Positions 18,941 through 29,326 of a stretch of 64,000 nucleotides of DNA are shown piece after piece; the stretch's first letter is position 1, and each line of letters starts with the position of its first letter. Position numbers and translations under genes: made by a program. Source of the stretch: an uncultured bacterium (GTDB lineage: Bacteria > Bacillota_I > Bacilli_A > RFN20 > CAG-826); assembly GCA_949299195.1 (NCBI GenBank), contig CASFZN010000018.1, forward strand, positions 262,129 through 326,128, written 5' to 3'. The notes under the pieces are model-generated. The model was not told where the DNA came from. It ran no database searches and saw nothing but the letters and a program-made list of their open reading frames with translations.

Positions 18941-19576
18941 CTAATTTTCTTCGATTTTATTAATAATAATTTCTAATGTTTCTTTTAAAACAGTATTAAT
19001 ATCTTTTGATGCGTCTACTATTTTATAGCGATCATCGTATCTTTTTGCGAGCTCTAAATAAGCGTTACGGCATTTGTGATAAAAACTAAGTTTTTCTAAG
19101 TCCAAACGATTTACTTCTCTAACTTTTGACTTATTAATTCTACCAAGTCCGTCTTCTGGTTCTAAATCAAAAAGGATTGTTAAATCCGGTAGTTTATTTT
19201 CGGTAGCAAAAAGATTGATATTTAATACGTTATCAATTCCTAATCCCTTTCCAGCTCCTTGATAAGCCAAAGAAGAATCGATATATCGATCGCAAAGAAC
19301 AATCTTTCCTTCATTTAATGCAGGTAAAATCTTTTCTACTAAGTGTTGTCTTCTTGAGGAAGCAAAAAGAAGTGCTTCGGTTCTATCATCTAAATTTGTA
19401 TTTTTTCTATCTAAAATAATAGCACGAATATCTTCGGCTATTTTGACTCCACCAGGTTCTCTAGAAAGAATTAAATCGTAACCTTTTTTATTTAATTCTT
19501 CGTAAACTAGCTTTGCGATAGTTGATTTTCCAGAACCATCTATTCCTTCAAATGTTATAAATAATGATTTTTTCAT
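18941..19576 (-). CDS. tmk: Thymidylate kinase
   Basis: FEGIDGSGKST, REPGG, DRYIDSSLAYQG. Confidence 0.97.
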   Translation of the reverse strand: MKKSLFITFEGIDGSGKSTIAKLVYEELNKKGYDLILSREPGGVKIAEDIRAIILDRKNTNLDDRTEALLFASSRRQHLVEKILPALNEGKIVLCDRYIDSSLAYQGAGKGLGIDNVLNINLFATENKLPDLTILFDLEPEDGLGRINKSKVREVNRLDLEKLSFYHKCRNAYLELAKRYDDRYKIVDASKDINTVLKETLEIIINKIEEN

Positions 19577-19589
19577 ACGTTTTAATAAT

Positions 19590-20192
19590 TTATTTAATAT
19601 CTGTTCTATTTTCTAAAGCTTTTATCAAAGTTAGCGAATCACTATATTCAATGTTTCCTCCCATAGGAAGACCTCTAGCAAGACGCGTAACTTTTAAATC
19701 TTTATTGTCTTCAAAAACTTTAGAAACATACATCGCAGTGATTTCGCCTTCAATTGTTGAATTAGTAGCAAGAATTAATTCTTTTATTCCTTCATTCTCA
19801 ACTCTATTTTGGAGTTCGGTGATTCTTAAATCATCAATTCCAACTCCTTTTGAAGAAGAAATTTCACCATTTAATACGTGATATTGTCCATGATATTCAT
19901 CAACTTTATCAAAAATAAATACATCTTTTGGATAAGATAAAACGATACAAGTATCGTGATTTCTTCTTGAATCGTTACAGTAAGGACATTCTGTAGTATC
20001 AATCAATGCTCCACAATTTTCACATTGATGTATTTTTTCTTTAGCATCTTTAATAGCTTTTAAGATTGATTCAACCTTTTCTTCATCCATTGAAAGTATA
20101 GAAAAAGCCATTCTTTCGGCTGTTTTTCTACCAATAGAAGGAAAAGAAGATAGGGCGTCTATTAAATTTGTTAAAGAAGGAAGTTCTTTCAT
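19590..20192 (-). CDS. recR: Recombination mediator RecR
   Basis: PSIGRKTAER, C4 zinc finger, YHVLNGEIS, ATNSTIEGEITA. Confidence 0.96.
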   Translation of the reverse strand: MKELPSLTNLIDALSSFPSIGRKTAERMAFSILSMDEEKVESILKAIKDAKEKIHQCENCGALIDTTECPYCNDSRRNHDTCIVLSYPKDVFIFDKVDEYHGQYHVLNGEISSSKGVGIDDLRITELQNRVENEGIKELILATNSTIEGEITAMYVSKVFEDNKDLKVTRLARGLPMGGNIEYSDSLTLIKALENRTDIK

Positions 20193-20205
20193 ATATAAAA
20201 TAAAG

Positions 20206-20511
20206 TTAGAAGAAGACTCCTCCAGGTTGTTGTTGATATTTAGCCATTAATTTATCTTCTTCAGCATCAATTAAATCTTTTGCGTTTTGATATGCGATAG
20301 CGATTGTTTCTTCAATCATTTCTTTATTATCACTAGACAAAATAGAATCATCTAAAAATTCTACCTTTTCGATTGTTAAGTTACCTTTTAAATAGACTTT
20401 AACAACTCCACTTGCAGTACCTTCAAAGACTTTTTCTTCTAAGACTTTATGTTCTTTTTCGTATTCTCTTTGAAGCTTTCTTACAGATTGAAGCATTTGT
20501 TGCATGTTCAT
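20206..20511 (-). CDS. ybaB: YbaB/EbfC nucleoid-associated protein
   Basis: MNMQQMLQ..KLQ, GVVKV; between dnaX and recR. Confidence 0.88.
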   Translation of the reverse strand: MNMQQMLQSVRKLQREYEKEHKVLEEKVFEGTASGVVKVYLKGNLTIEKVEFLDDSILSSDNKEMIEETIAIAYQNAKDLIDAEEDKLMAKYQQQPGGVFF

Positions 20512-20529
20512 AGTTAATATTTCTCCTTT

Positions 20530-22287
20530 TTATTCAAATTCAATGTCATTTATATTTAAATCTCTTGTTTTAGGAAGTCTTTTGACCTCTTCTAAATTAC
20601 GATATTGAGTAACTAAATTTGTAGATTCTACTCGATCAAGAGCATAAATATTTATTTTTTTACCAATTAATTTTTCTAAGATTAATTGGAGTTTTTCTTG
20701 GTTCGCTTTAATGTTTACTAATCTTGCTATATTAGGAACGTTATACATTAATATGAAGAACTTGTCGGTTAATAAATAAGGGACTCCGTTTTCTAATAAT
20801 TCAACGTAAGGAACTAATTTTGCATCTTTTGTAAAGCCTTTAAGTAGGTTCCATCTTGCTGCTAATTCTCTTTTAGCGGTTTTGTTGGAAAGGACAGATA
20901 ATTTAATTAAGTTTTCGCTAGAAAGATGATAACTATCCCCATCTTTTATTACCGAATATTCTTTTTTAGTTGATTCTTTTTTCTCATCTTCAAAGATTGG
21001 AGGTAAAGAATCGATAGTTTTCATAATTGTAGTAGGTGTTGGATCTACTATTTTTTTAGATAAATCGACCTCTTCTTTAGGGGTTTCCTTTTTATAAGAA
21101 TAGGTAGGTGTTTCTAATTTAGTCTCTTTAGCCTTTATTTCTTCTTTATAAATAGAAGGAGAAGGAGTTATTTTTTCTTCTGCCTTATTAAAGGAAGGAG
21201 TAGGAACAATCTTCTCAATGCTATTTTTTGCATCTATTAACTTTAATAAATAAAGTTCAAGAAGAAGTGAAGCGTTATTAGTAATCTTTAATTCTTTTGA
21301 TAAATCAATAAAAACGTCGATAATTGCTTTAATTTGAGCGCTTGTAAAATATTTATTAATCATTGTGATATAAATATCTACGCTATCTTTTTTAGAAAGA
21401 GAAGAAATTAAAGCTTCTTTTAACATTTTTAAATAATCATTAACTAATCGATTAACATCGATATTTTTCTTTTCTGAGATATCGTTAAATTTACGTAATA
21501 ATCCGGAAGGATCATTATTTTTAACGTATTCAAGTAGTTCAATCTTTTCTTTTTTGGATACTATTCCAAATAAATCTTCGATGTTTTTTGTGTGAATTGA
21601 GCTACCAGAGAAGGAAATTACTTGATCCAATAAACTTAAGGCATCTCTTGCTCCGCCATTAGCGAGTTCAACAATTTCTTCAACTGCCTTTTCTTCGTAA
21701 CTAATTCCCTCTTTAGTTAAAACTTTAATCAATAATTTCTTTAAATCTAAATTAGTTAATTTTTTAAATTCGTATCTTTGACATCTAGATAAAATTGTAG
21801 GCAAAACCTTATATAATTCGGTAGTACATAGGATAAAAATAACGTGTTCTGGTGGTTCTTCAAGAGTTTTAAGTAAAGCATTAAATGCACTATTACTCAT
21901 CATATGAACTTCGTCGATAATATAAACTTTGTATCTTGATTTAACTGGAGAATATTTTACTTTTTCAACGATATTTCTTACCTCATCAACTCCACTATTA
22001 CTAGCGGCGTCGATTTCAATAACGTCAGGCGAATTTCCAGTAGTAATTTCTTTACAGTTATCGCAAACTCCACAGATTTGTCCCATTCCTTTTTCGCAGT
22101 TCAAAGCCTTAGCTAAAAGTCTAGCAACACTGGTTTTACCAGTACCTCTAGGTCCTGAAAAAAGGTAGGCGTGAGCTATTTTTCCTTCTTCTAAAGAATT
22201 TTTTAAAGTTTGTATGATTGCTTCTTGACCGAAAACTTCATCAAAGTTTTGAGATCTATATTTTCTATAAAGTGCTAAATAAGACAT
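20530..22287 (-). CDS. dnaX: DNA polymerase III gamma/tau
   Basis: YLALYRKYR, GPRGTGKTS, EIDAASN, IIDEVHM, ILSRCQ; GGAGG RBS before ATG 22287. Confidence 0.97.
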   Translation of the reverse strand: MSYLALYRKYRSQNFDEVFGQEAIIQTLKNSLEEGKIAHAYLFSGPRGTGKTSVARLLAKALNCEKGMGQICGVCDNCKEITTGNSPDVIEIDAASNSGVDEVRNIVEKVKYSPVKSRYKVYIIDEVHMMSNSAFNALLKTLEEPPEHVIFILCTTELYKVLPTILSRCQRYEFKKLTNLDLKKLLIKVLTKEGISYEEKAVEEIVELANGGARDALSLLDQVISFSGSSIHTKNIEDLFGIVSKKEKIELLEYVKNNDPSGLLRKFNDISEKKNIDVNRLVNDYLKMLKEALISSLSKKDSVDIYITMINKYFTSAQIKAIIDVFIDLSKELKITNNASLLLELYLLKLIDAKNSIEKIVPTPSFNKAEEKITPSPSIYKEEIKAKETKLETPTYSYKKETPKEEVDLSKKIVDPTPTTIMKTIDSLPPIFEDEKKESTKKEYSVIKDGDSYHLSSENLIKLSVLSNKTAKRELAARWNLLKGFTKDAKLVPYVELLENGVPYLLTDKFFILMYNVPNIARLVNIKANQEKLQLILEKLIGKKINIYALDRVESTNLVTQYRNLEEVKRLPKTRDLNINDIEFE

Positions 22288-22513
22288 AAAATAAACCTCC
22301 AATATTTTACAATATTTCCTTTTCTTTTAATACAAGAAAAGGAACAAAAACCATTTATTTAAGAACTTATATTTAATATAATAAGGCGAATGAAAAAGGT
22401 AGTGATTGATTTATTTATTTTTAATCTTTTCCTAACCACTTTAAAAAATCTATAAAGTGGTTGTTTTTGGCGATTATTTTTAAGAATTATTTATTAAATT
22501 AGGAGGATTAAAA

Positions 22514-23590
22514 ATGGATAAAAACATGAGAGATAGACTTGTTACAAGTGAAAAAAGGTTAAATGAAATTGACGAATTATTATTAAAAGAAGAAACAAGT
22601 AAAGATATGAAATTATTTAAGGCTTTAAATAAAGAAAGAAGCAATTTAGAGCCTATAGTCGAGAAATTTCATGAATACGAAGTTGCTGAATCAAATAAAA
22701 ATGACGCTTTAATCATGGCTAATGATAGCGATACTGAAATTGCTCAAATGGGTAAAGAAGAAATTAAAGCGAACGATGAAAAAATTGAGAAAATTATCGA
22801 AGAATTGAAAATTCTTCTTATTCCTAAAGACCCTAATGATGGAAAAGATATAATTTTTGAAATCAAAGGCGCAGTTGGTGGAGATGAAGCCAATATTTTT
22901 GCTGGCGATTTATTTAGAATGTATCTTAGATATTGTGATAATGAAGGCTATTCAGTAAAAGTTTTAGATGAAAACCCTTGTGGAGTTGGCGGATTTTCAT
23001 ATGTTTCTTTTGTTGTTAAAGGAGACGATGCATACTCACATTTAAAATATGAAAGTGGTGTTCACCGTGTCCAAAGAGTTCCTAAAACTGAATCAAGTGG
23101 TAGAGTTCATACTTCAACTGCAACCGTTGTTGTTATGCCTCAAGTTGAGGTCAATGAAGTTGAAATTAGAAGCGAAGATTTAAGAGTTGATCGATATCGT
23201 TCTCAAGGAGCAGGTGGACAAAATGTTAATAAAACTGAATCTGCAGTTAGAATTACTCACATCCCTACTGGAATTGTTGTTAGCTGCCAAACCGAAAAAT
23301 CACAAATTCAAAATCATGAAATTTGTATGCAAATGTTAGCTTCCAAATTAGCTCAATTAGAAGAAGAGAAAAAAGCTGAAAAAGAAGCATCATTTAGATC
23401 AAAAATCGGTTCTGGTGATAGAAACGAAAAGATTAGAACCTATAACTATCCACAAAATAGAGTTACTGACCATAGAATCGGTTTTACAATTCAACAATTA
23501 GATAGAGTCATGGAAGGCGAATTAGATTCGATAATTGAAGCCTTAGCAAACTATGAACAAGAACAACTTATCAAAGGTAACTCCAAGTAA
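22514..23590 (+). CDS. prfA: Peptide chain release factor 1
   Basis: ESGVHRVQRVPKTE (PxT), GAGGQ, IRTYNYPQNRVTDHR. Confidence 0.98.
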   Translation: MDKNMRDRLVTSEKRLNEIDELLLKEETSKDMKLFKALNKERSNLEPIVEKFHEYEVAESNKNDALIMANDSDTEIAQMGKEEIKANDEKIEKIIEELKILLIPKDPNDGKDIIFEIKGAVGGDEANIFAGDLFRMYLRYCDNEGYSVKVLDENPCGVGGFSYVSFVVKGDDAYSHLKYESGVHRVQRVPKTESSGRVHTSTATVVVMPQVEVNEVEIRSEDLRVDRYRSQGAGGQNVNKTESAVRITHIPTGIVVSCQTEKSQIQNHEICMQMLASKLAQLEEEKKAEKEASFRSKIGSGDRNEKIRTYNYPQNRVTDHRIGFTIQQLDRVMEGELDSIIEALANYEQEQLIKGNSK

Positions 23591-24416
23591 TTTAGAGTTA
23601 TTTCAAAAGTATAAAAATAATAAAAACTTAACTGAACGAGATATAAATGAAATCTTAATGTTTGTTAATGAATATAATTCTTTTAACGAACTCTTTTTAC
23701 ACTATGAAGATAAATGCAAAGATGATAAATTAGCCGAAAAAATGTTTTCACGTGGAAACTTTGGTGAACCTATCGAATATATTTTGGGGAAAACCGACTT
23801 CTTGGGACTTCCTTTAAAAATTAATAAAAACGTTCTCATTCCGCGAGAAGAAACAAAAGAACTAGTTATTAAATTAGTTGATAAAATAAATGAAAAAAAG
23901 TTTCCACGTGGAAACTTTTTGGATGTTTGTACCGGTAGCGGGTGTATTGCTATATATTTAGGAAAGAACTTAGAAAATTTTAAAGGTTATGCATCCGATA
24001 TTTCTAAAAAAGCGTTAAAAGTCGCAATAGAAAATTCCAAAAATAATAGAGCTAACATTGAATTTATTCATACTGATAAATGTCGCTATTTCCTTCAAAA
24101 TAGTATGAAATTTGATATTCTTGTTTCTAATCCACCATATGTAGATAAAAAAGAAGAAATCGAGGAAAATGTTTTAAAATATGAGCCTATAAAAGCTGTT
24201 TATTTAAAAAACGGAACCTATTTTTATGAATACTATTTTAAAAATTATAATGAATTAATGAATGAAAAGTTTATAATGGCTTTTGAGATAGGTTATGAGC
24301 AAGAGGAAAAACTCACCAGACTTATCAAAAAATATTTTAAAGACGATAATATTTCATATGAATTCATAAAAGATTTATATGATAAAACTAGATTTCTATT
24401 TATATATAAGGATTAA
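23553..24416 (+). CDS. prmC: Release factor glutamine methyltransferase
   Basis: GEPIEYI, VLIPREET, DVCTGSGCIA, VSNPPY; follows prfA. Confidence 0.93.
   Translation: MNKNNLSKVTPSNLELFQKYKNNKNLTERDINEILMFVNEYNSFNELFLHYEDKCKDDKLAEKMFSRGNFGEPIEYILGKTDFLGLPLKINKNVLIPREETKELVIKLVDKINEKKFPRGNFLDVCTGSGCIAIYLGKNLENFKGYASDISKKALKVAIENSKNNRANIEFIHTDKCRYFLQNSMKFDILVSNPPYVDKKEEIEENVLKYEPIKAVYLKNGTYFYEYYFKNYNELMNEKFIMAFEIGYEQEEKLTRLIKKYFKDDNISYEFIKDLYDKTRFLFIYKD
23744..23759. repeat. parS-like palindrome copy 5 (inside prmC, 1 mismatch)
   Basis: GTTTTCACGTGGAAAC; encodes MFSRGNF. Confidence 0.8.
23900..23915. repeat. parS-like palindrome copy 6 (inside prmC)
   Basis: Perfect, with A/T flanks; encodes KFPRGNF. 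Confidence 0.88.
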
Positions 24417-24419
24417 AGT

Positions 24420-25460
24420 ATGAAATTTTATAAAAAAGAAGATATCAAACTAATCGCAAAAGATTTAAAAGATGGTAAAATTGTTGCTTTCCCTACCGAA
24501 ACTGTAATGGGTTTAGGAGTTTTAGCAACAAAAGAGGAATATTTTAAAAGATTATGTAATGTTAAAAATCGCCATCCAGATAAACCTTTTACATTAATGG
24601 TTTCTGATATAAAAAAGTTAGAAGACATCTTAATTATTAACGATTATGCAAGAAAAATTATTAATAACTTAATGCCAGGAGAAATAACCTTAATTTTAAA
24701 AGCAAAAGAAAATACTCCATACTATTTAGATTTAGATACCGGATTTATTGGTGTTAGAATCCCTAAAGATACATTCTTATTAGAATTATTAAAAGAAGTA
24801 GATGAGCCACTTTTAGTTCCTAGCGCTAATCCTAGCGACTTATCTCCAGCTACTAATAGCGAAGAGGCTTATAAATATTTTAAAGACAGTATCGATGCAA
24901 TAGTCGAAGGAAAATCAATTTCTAATACACCTTCAACAGTTGTTATAATCGATGGAATTAACTATAAAATATTAAGACAAGGTAATATAAAAGAAGAAGA
25001 TTTAAAGAGGTTAAATATGAAAATTGCAATCGGATCAGATCATGGCGGATATGAATATAAACAAAGATTAATTAAAGATTTAGAAAAAGAAAATTTAACT
25101 ATAATTGATTGTGGAACCAATTCTTTAGAAAGCTGTAATTATGCTGAATTCGGATATGAAGCTGCTAAAAAAGTAGCAGCAGGCGAAGCAGATTATGCGG
25201 TTGTTATCTGTACAAGCGGTGAAGGAATTTCTATAGCTGCAAATAAGGTTAAAGGTGTAAGGTGTGCATTATTATATAATGATGAAGTCGCACACTTAGC
25301 AAAAGAACATAATAATTCCAACGCAATTGCTTTTGGAGCGAAGTTTATGGATTATGAAGATGTTTTAAAAAGGGTACATATTTTCTTAAATTCAAACTTT
25401 GAAGGTGGGCGCCACGAGAAAAGAGTGGATTTTATAAAAAATATTGAAAAAAATTTTTAA
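24420..25460 (+). CDS. TsaC/Sua5 threonylcarbamoyl-AMP synthase fused in frame to ribose-5-phosphate isomerase B
   Basis: AFPTETVMGL, KNR, PSANPS, PSTV; then MKIAIGSDHGG, CTSGEG, HNNSN, FEGGRHEKRV. Confidence 0.9.
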   Translation: MKFYKKEDIKLIAKDLKDGKIVAFPTETVMGLGVLATKEEYFKRLCNVKNRHPDKPFTLMVSDIKKLEDILIINDYARKIINNLMPGEITLILKAKENTPYYLDLDTGFIGVRIPKDTFLLELLKEVDEPLLVPSANPSDLSPATNSEEAYKYFKDSIDAIVEGKSISNTPSTVVIIDGINYKILRQGNIKEEDLKRLNMKIAIGSDHGGYEYKQRLIKDLEKENLTIIDCGTNSLESCNYAEFGYEAAKKVAAGEADYAVVICTSGEGISIAANKVKGVRCALLYNDEVAHLAKEHNNSNAIAFGAKFMDYEDVLKRVHIFLNSNFEGGRHEKRVDFIKNIEKNF

Positions 25461-25479
25461 AGAAAAAAGACGATAAAAT

Positions 25480-25510
25480 GGGCACTTTCTAAGTGCCCTT
25501 TAATTTTTTT
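25480..25510 (+). terminator. Intrinsic terminator after tsaC-rpiB
   Basis: GGGCACTT-TCT-AAGTGCCC plus T-rich tail. Confidence 0.7.
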
Positions 25511-25572
25511 TAAAAAAAGTTGAATAATTTTTCAAATTAAAGCGTTCTTGTATAGTGTAAGGGGGTGATAGC

Positions 25573-26721
25573 TTGTATAAATGCCCGCTTTGCGGAAATA
25601 CAGAAAAACGCTATTTAGGTAATATAAATGGACGCATTTATTGCCGTAGATGTATCTCTTTTAAAGGAGAGCTTGTGGAGGAGAAAGCTTTTATAGAACA
25701 AAAAGTAAATTCTTTCCAAGGGATCAATATTAACTACTCTTTAAGTGTAGATCAAACTAAGATATCTCAAGCAATCTTGAAGGGATTTATCGAAGGGAAA
25801 GATACCTTAGTCTATGCTGTATGCGGAGCGGGCAAAACGGAATTAGTCTTTAAGGTTATTGAATACGCGTTAATTAATAATCTTAAAATTGGTTTTGCAA
25901 TTCCGAGAAAAGATGTCGTTATTGAGCTAAAAGAACGCTTAGCACATACGTTTAATAAGAATAAGGTTATTGCTATATATGGAGGAAATCATGATGATTT
26001 AAAGGGTGATATATTGGTTTTAACAACTCACCAACTCTTCCGCTTTGAACATTATTTTGATTTATTGATTTTAGATGAAATTGATGCCTTTCCATATAGA
26101 GGAAACCCTGTATTAATCGCTCTTTTTAAACGTTCACTTAAAGGACACTATGTCCTTATGTCAGCAACTCCATCAGATGAAGTAATGAAGGAATTTGAAA
26201 AGCATAATAAACAAATATTAACCCTTTTTAAACGCTATCATGAACATCCTCTTATAGTTCCATCATTAAAAATAAGATATTTAATATTTAAATATTCTCT
26301 AATTATTGATTACTTAAAAAAATACGAGCGCGAGAAGAAGAAAGTATTTATTTTTTGTCCAACAATAAAAGAAACTGAGTATTTATTTAAAATTCTTAAT
26401 CTCTTCATAAAAAACGGTAATTATGTACATTCAAAAAGACTAAATAGAGCGAATATTATCGATGATTTTAGAAATGATAAATATAGTTATTTAGTCACTA
26501 CCTCAGTTCTTGAAAGAGGGGTAACAGTTAAGAATTTACAGGTTATTATTTATCACGCTGACCACGAATTATATTCAAAAGAAGCTTTAATTCAAATCTC
26601 AGGAAGAGTCGGGCGTTCAAGTGACTATCCTAGTGGAGAAGTAATTTATGTTGCAAGTAAAAAGACTACCGCAATTCTTGAATCGATTAAAACAATCGAA
26701 GGTTTCAACAGGTGTTTGTAA
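25573..26721 (+). CDS. comFA: Competence DEAD-box helicase ComFA
   Basis: CPLC..YCRRC, AVCGAGKTE, DEIDAFP, LERGVT, QISGRVGR. Confidence 0.92.
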   Translation: MYKCPLCGNTEKRYLGNINGRIYCRRCISFKGELVEEKAFIEQKVNSFQGININYSLSVDQTKISQAILKGFIEGKDTLVYAVCGAGKTELVFKVIEYALINNLKIGFAIPRKDVVIELKERLAHTFNKNKVIAIYGGNHDDLKGDILVLTTHQLFRFEHYFDLLILDEIDAFPYRGNPVLIALFKRSLKGHYVLMSATPSDEVMKEFEKHNKQILTLFKRYHEHPLIVPSLKIRYLIFKYSLIIDYLKKYEREKKKVFIFCPTIKETEYLFKILNLFIKNGNYVHSKRLNRANIIDDFRNDKYSYLVTTSVLERGVTVKNLQVIIYHADHELYSKEALIQISGRVGRSSDYPSGEVIYVASKKTTAILESIKTIEGFNRCL

Positions 26722-27358
26722 GATATGTTTTAAAGATTTAAGTGTTGATTCTTTTCATTCATTAGTTACTTCCACAATTATTTGTTCAAGCTGTTTGAAT
26801 AAAATGGATCCAAAATTTAAAAGCTTTAATGTTGATGGCATTAAAGCTTTATCCCTTTATCCATATAATGATGAGATTAAAAGACTCATTTATTGTTTTA
26901 AAGGGTGTCAGGATTACGAACTTAAAGATGTATTTTTATCTTATTTTATAAAAGAACTTAAAACTAAATATAAAGGTTATTACCTTCTACCAGTTCCTTC
27001 ATCTAAAAAACATGATGAAGAAAGAGGATTTAATCAAGTTATTGAAATATTTAAACCATTAAACTTAGAGATGTTACTAATTTTAGAAAAGGTAAATGAT
27101 GAAACTCAAAAAGAAAAAACCCTTAAAGAAAGAATAAATTCTAAAGGGATGTTTAAAATCAAAAATAAGGAAACAATAAGCGGGAAAAAGATACTAATAG
27201 TCGATGATATTTGCACCACTGGCTCATCTTTAAGAGCAGTCATTGCTTTAATAAAAGATCTTTCTCCTAAGGACATAAAAATATTAGTGGTTGCCAAAAG
27301 AGATTTTACAAAGGAGGAATTAGAAAAAATAAAAGACAAAGACTTAATTTTGAATTAA
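26648..27358 (+). CDS. comFC: Competence protein ComFC (PRTase-like); start uncertain
   Basis: CKIC..CSSC, ERGFNQ, IVDDICTTGSS. Confidence 0.88.
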   Translation: MLQVKRLPQFLNRLKQSKVSTGVCKICFKDLSVDSFHSLVTSTIICSSCLNKMDPKFKSFNVDGIKALSLYPYNDEIKRLIYCFKGCQDYELKDVFLSYFIKELKTKYKGYYLLPVPSSKKHDEERGFNQVIEIFKPLNLEMLLILEKVNDETQKEKTLKERINSKGMFKIKNKETISGKKILIVDDICTTGSSLRAVIALIKDLSPKDIKILVVAKRDFTKEELEKIKDKDLILN

Positions 27359-27370
27359 ATTTATTTAAAT

Positions 27371-28276
27371 TTACTTATTTTCATTATCTTTAAGATGCTT
27401 TTTAACGTCATTAATAAAAAGTTGGACATCTTTAATAGGATTTAATTGATATAAAAGCCCATATCCTATTGAATAATCCCGTTTTACAGGAATAGTTTTA
27501 ATCCCTGGATGAACATATTCCCAATTTTCGACTGTAAGAAGAAGCTTATCGCTTTTTGCACATTCATTAAATACTGAAATATCATAAAAATAACCAACAT
27601 CTTCAATTTTTAAAGAAGGGCAAAGCTTAGTTAATTCTTCTCTGATTTTATCGTTAGTAGGAGAATCTCCTTTTAAAACCATCATCATTGTTTGATTTTC
27701 TAAGTCTGAGATTTCTAAGATGTCTTTTTTTGCCAAAGGATGAGAACGAGAAACTCCAATCATCTTTTTGAAGGTTCCAAGTTGTAAATAATTTGCATAA
27801 TTTAGCCGCGTTTTTGAGTCGCAAATACCAACTAAAAAATCAAATTTTATTCCTAGATTTTGAATTTCTTTTAAGATATCTTCTTTAGTATCTTCAAAAG
27901 GAACAAGATGGATTGAATAATCTTTAAATCTGTTGTTGAGTTTATACCATAAATCCATAAATGGTTTTGCAGGATTTAATAATGAAGTGCCCACACAAAA
28001 AGACAAAGAATCAATTCTCATTTCTTCTTTAGCTTTAATTATTGCTTTTTTAGAATAATCGATAATAAATTGGGCATCCTTATAAATGCTTTCTCCACCT
28101 TTAGTTAATGTCAAACCTTGATGAGATCTAGTAAAAAGAGGAAATCCAACAATATCTTCTAAAGAATTCATTTGTTTCATAATTGCAGTAACTGATAAAG
28201 ATAAGGTCTCGCTAGCTTTTGTGAAACTTTTCATCTCTGCAACAACGATAAAAGTGTCAAGTAGATATGAGTACAT
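27371..28276 (-). CDS. LysR-family transcriptional regulator
   Basis: SFTKASETL..A..KQMNSLE..GFPLFTR..LTKGG; divergent from flavodoxin cassette. Confidence 0.92.
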   Translation of the reverse strand: MYSYLLDTFIVVAEMKSFTKASETLSLSVTAIMKQMNSLEDIVGFPLFTRSHQGLTLTKGGESIYKDAQFIIDYSKKAIIKAKEEMRIDSLSFCVGTSLLNPAKPFMDLWYKLNNRFKDYSIHLVPFEDTKEDILKEIQNLGIKFDFLVGICDSKTRLNYANYLQLGTFKKMIGVSRSHPLAKKDILEISDLENQTMMMVLKGDSPTNDKIREELTKLCPSLKIEDVGYFYDISVFNECAKSDKLLLTVENWEYVHPGIKTIPVKRDYSIGYGLLYQLNPIKDVQLFINDVKKHLKDNENK

Positions 28277-28297
28277 ATTATTCCTCCTTTATTAAGT

Positions 28298-28314
28298 ATT
28301 AACTAATAGTTTAT
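28298..28314. promoter_or_regulatory. Putative LysR recognition site
   Basis: Imperfect inverted repeat ATTAAC-TAATA-GTTTAT in the divergent intergenic region. Confidence 0.35.
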
Positions 28315-28386
28315 GCCGATTAAAGAAGATTGCAATTCTTAAAATAGTTATAAGAGTTTTTAATAAATCTAGGAGAAGTTATTTTT

Positions 28387-28899
28387 ATGAAAATTTTAAT
28401 TGCTTACTATTCTAGAATAGATGAGAACTATTTTAATGGAAAGCTTATAAATATTGAGCAAGGAAATACAGAGATAGCAGCTAAAAAAATAGCGAATATT
28501 ATCGGCGCAGATTTGTTTAAAATTGAACAATTATTCCCTTATAGTCCTTCATATAATGAGTGCGTTAATCAAGCTCAGAAGGATCTAAGAAATAAAGCGA
28601 GACCTTTGTTAAAAAATTATCTTCCTTCCGTTGATGAATACGATGAAATCTATCTAGGTTATCCAAATTATTGGGGAACTATGCCTATGGCAGTATTCAC
28701 TTTTTTAGAACACTATAACTTTTCAGGAAAGATTATTAAACCTTTTTGCACTCACGAAGGAAGTGGAATGGGGAATAGCGAAAAAGATTTAAAAGAAGTT
28801 TTAAAAAACTCTTTAATTAAAAGAGGATTACCTATAAAAGGAAGTTTGGTAAAAACATCGGAATCGATTATTGAAGAATGGATAAAGGAGGACAAGTAA
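28387..28899 (+). CDS. Flavodoxin (Flavodoxin_4-like)
   Basis: LIAYYSR..ENY, GNT, LGYPNYWGTMP, PFCTHEGSG. Confidence 0.9.
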   Translation: MKILIAYYSRIDENYFNGKLINIEQGNTEIAAKKIANIIGADLFKIEQLFPYSPSYNECVNQAQKDLRNKARPLLKNYLPSVDEYDEIYLGYPNYWGTMPMAVFTFLEHYNFSGKIIKPFCTHEGSGMGNSEKDLKEVLKNSLIKRGLPIKGSLVKTSESIIEEWIKEDK

Positions 28900-28903
28900 A
28901 TTT

Positions 28904-29326
28904 ATGAGAAAAATGTCTAAATTTCCAATTGGGGAAGAAAACGTTGCCTTTAAGGATTATTTTATTGGTGAATCTTACTTAGCCCCAATTTCAAATGAAT
29001 TGATATCTATTGCAAACGTGACTTTTGAACCTGGTTGTCGAAATAATTGGCATATTCATCATTCTAAAAATGGTGGAGGGCAAATTCTTATCTGTATTTT
29101 TGGTGAAGGAATTTATCAAGAACGGGGAAAAGATCCAATCTTTCTAAAAGAAGGAGATGTTATAAGTATAAAACCAGGTGTCAAGCATTGGCATGGAGCA
29201 ACTAAAAACTCATATTTCCAACATCTCGCAATCGAAGTTCCAGGTGAAGAAAATAAAAATGAATGGCTAGAACCGGCCGATGAAAAAGAATATGAAAAAA
29301 TAAATCATTTAAGAGGTAAACAATGA
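28904..29326 (+). CDS. Cupin-domain protein
   Basis: NVTFEPGCRNNWHIH, GGGQILI, KHWHGA, EWLEP. Confidence 0.9.
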   Translation: MRKMSKFPIGEENVAFKDYFIGESYLAPISNELISIANVTFEPGCRNNWHIHHSKNGGGQILICIFGEGIYQERGKDPIFLKEGDVISIKPGVKHWHGATKNSYFQHLAIEVPGEENKNEWLEPADEKEYEKINHLRGKQ

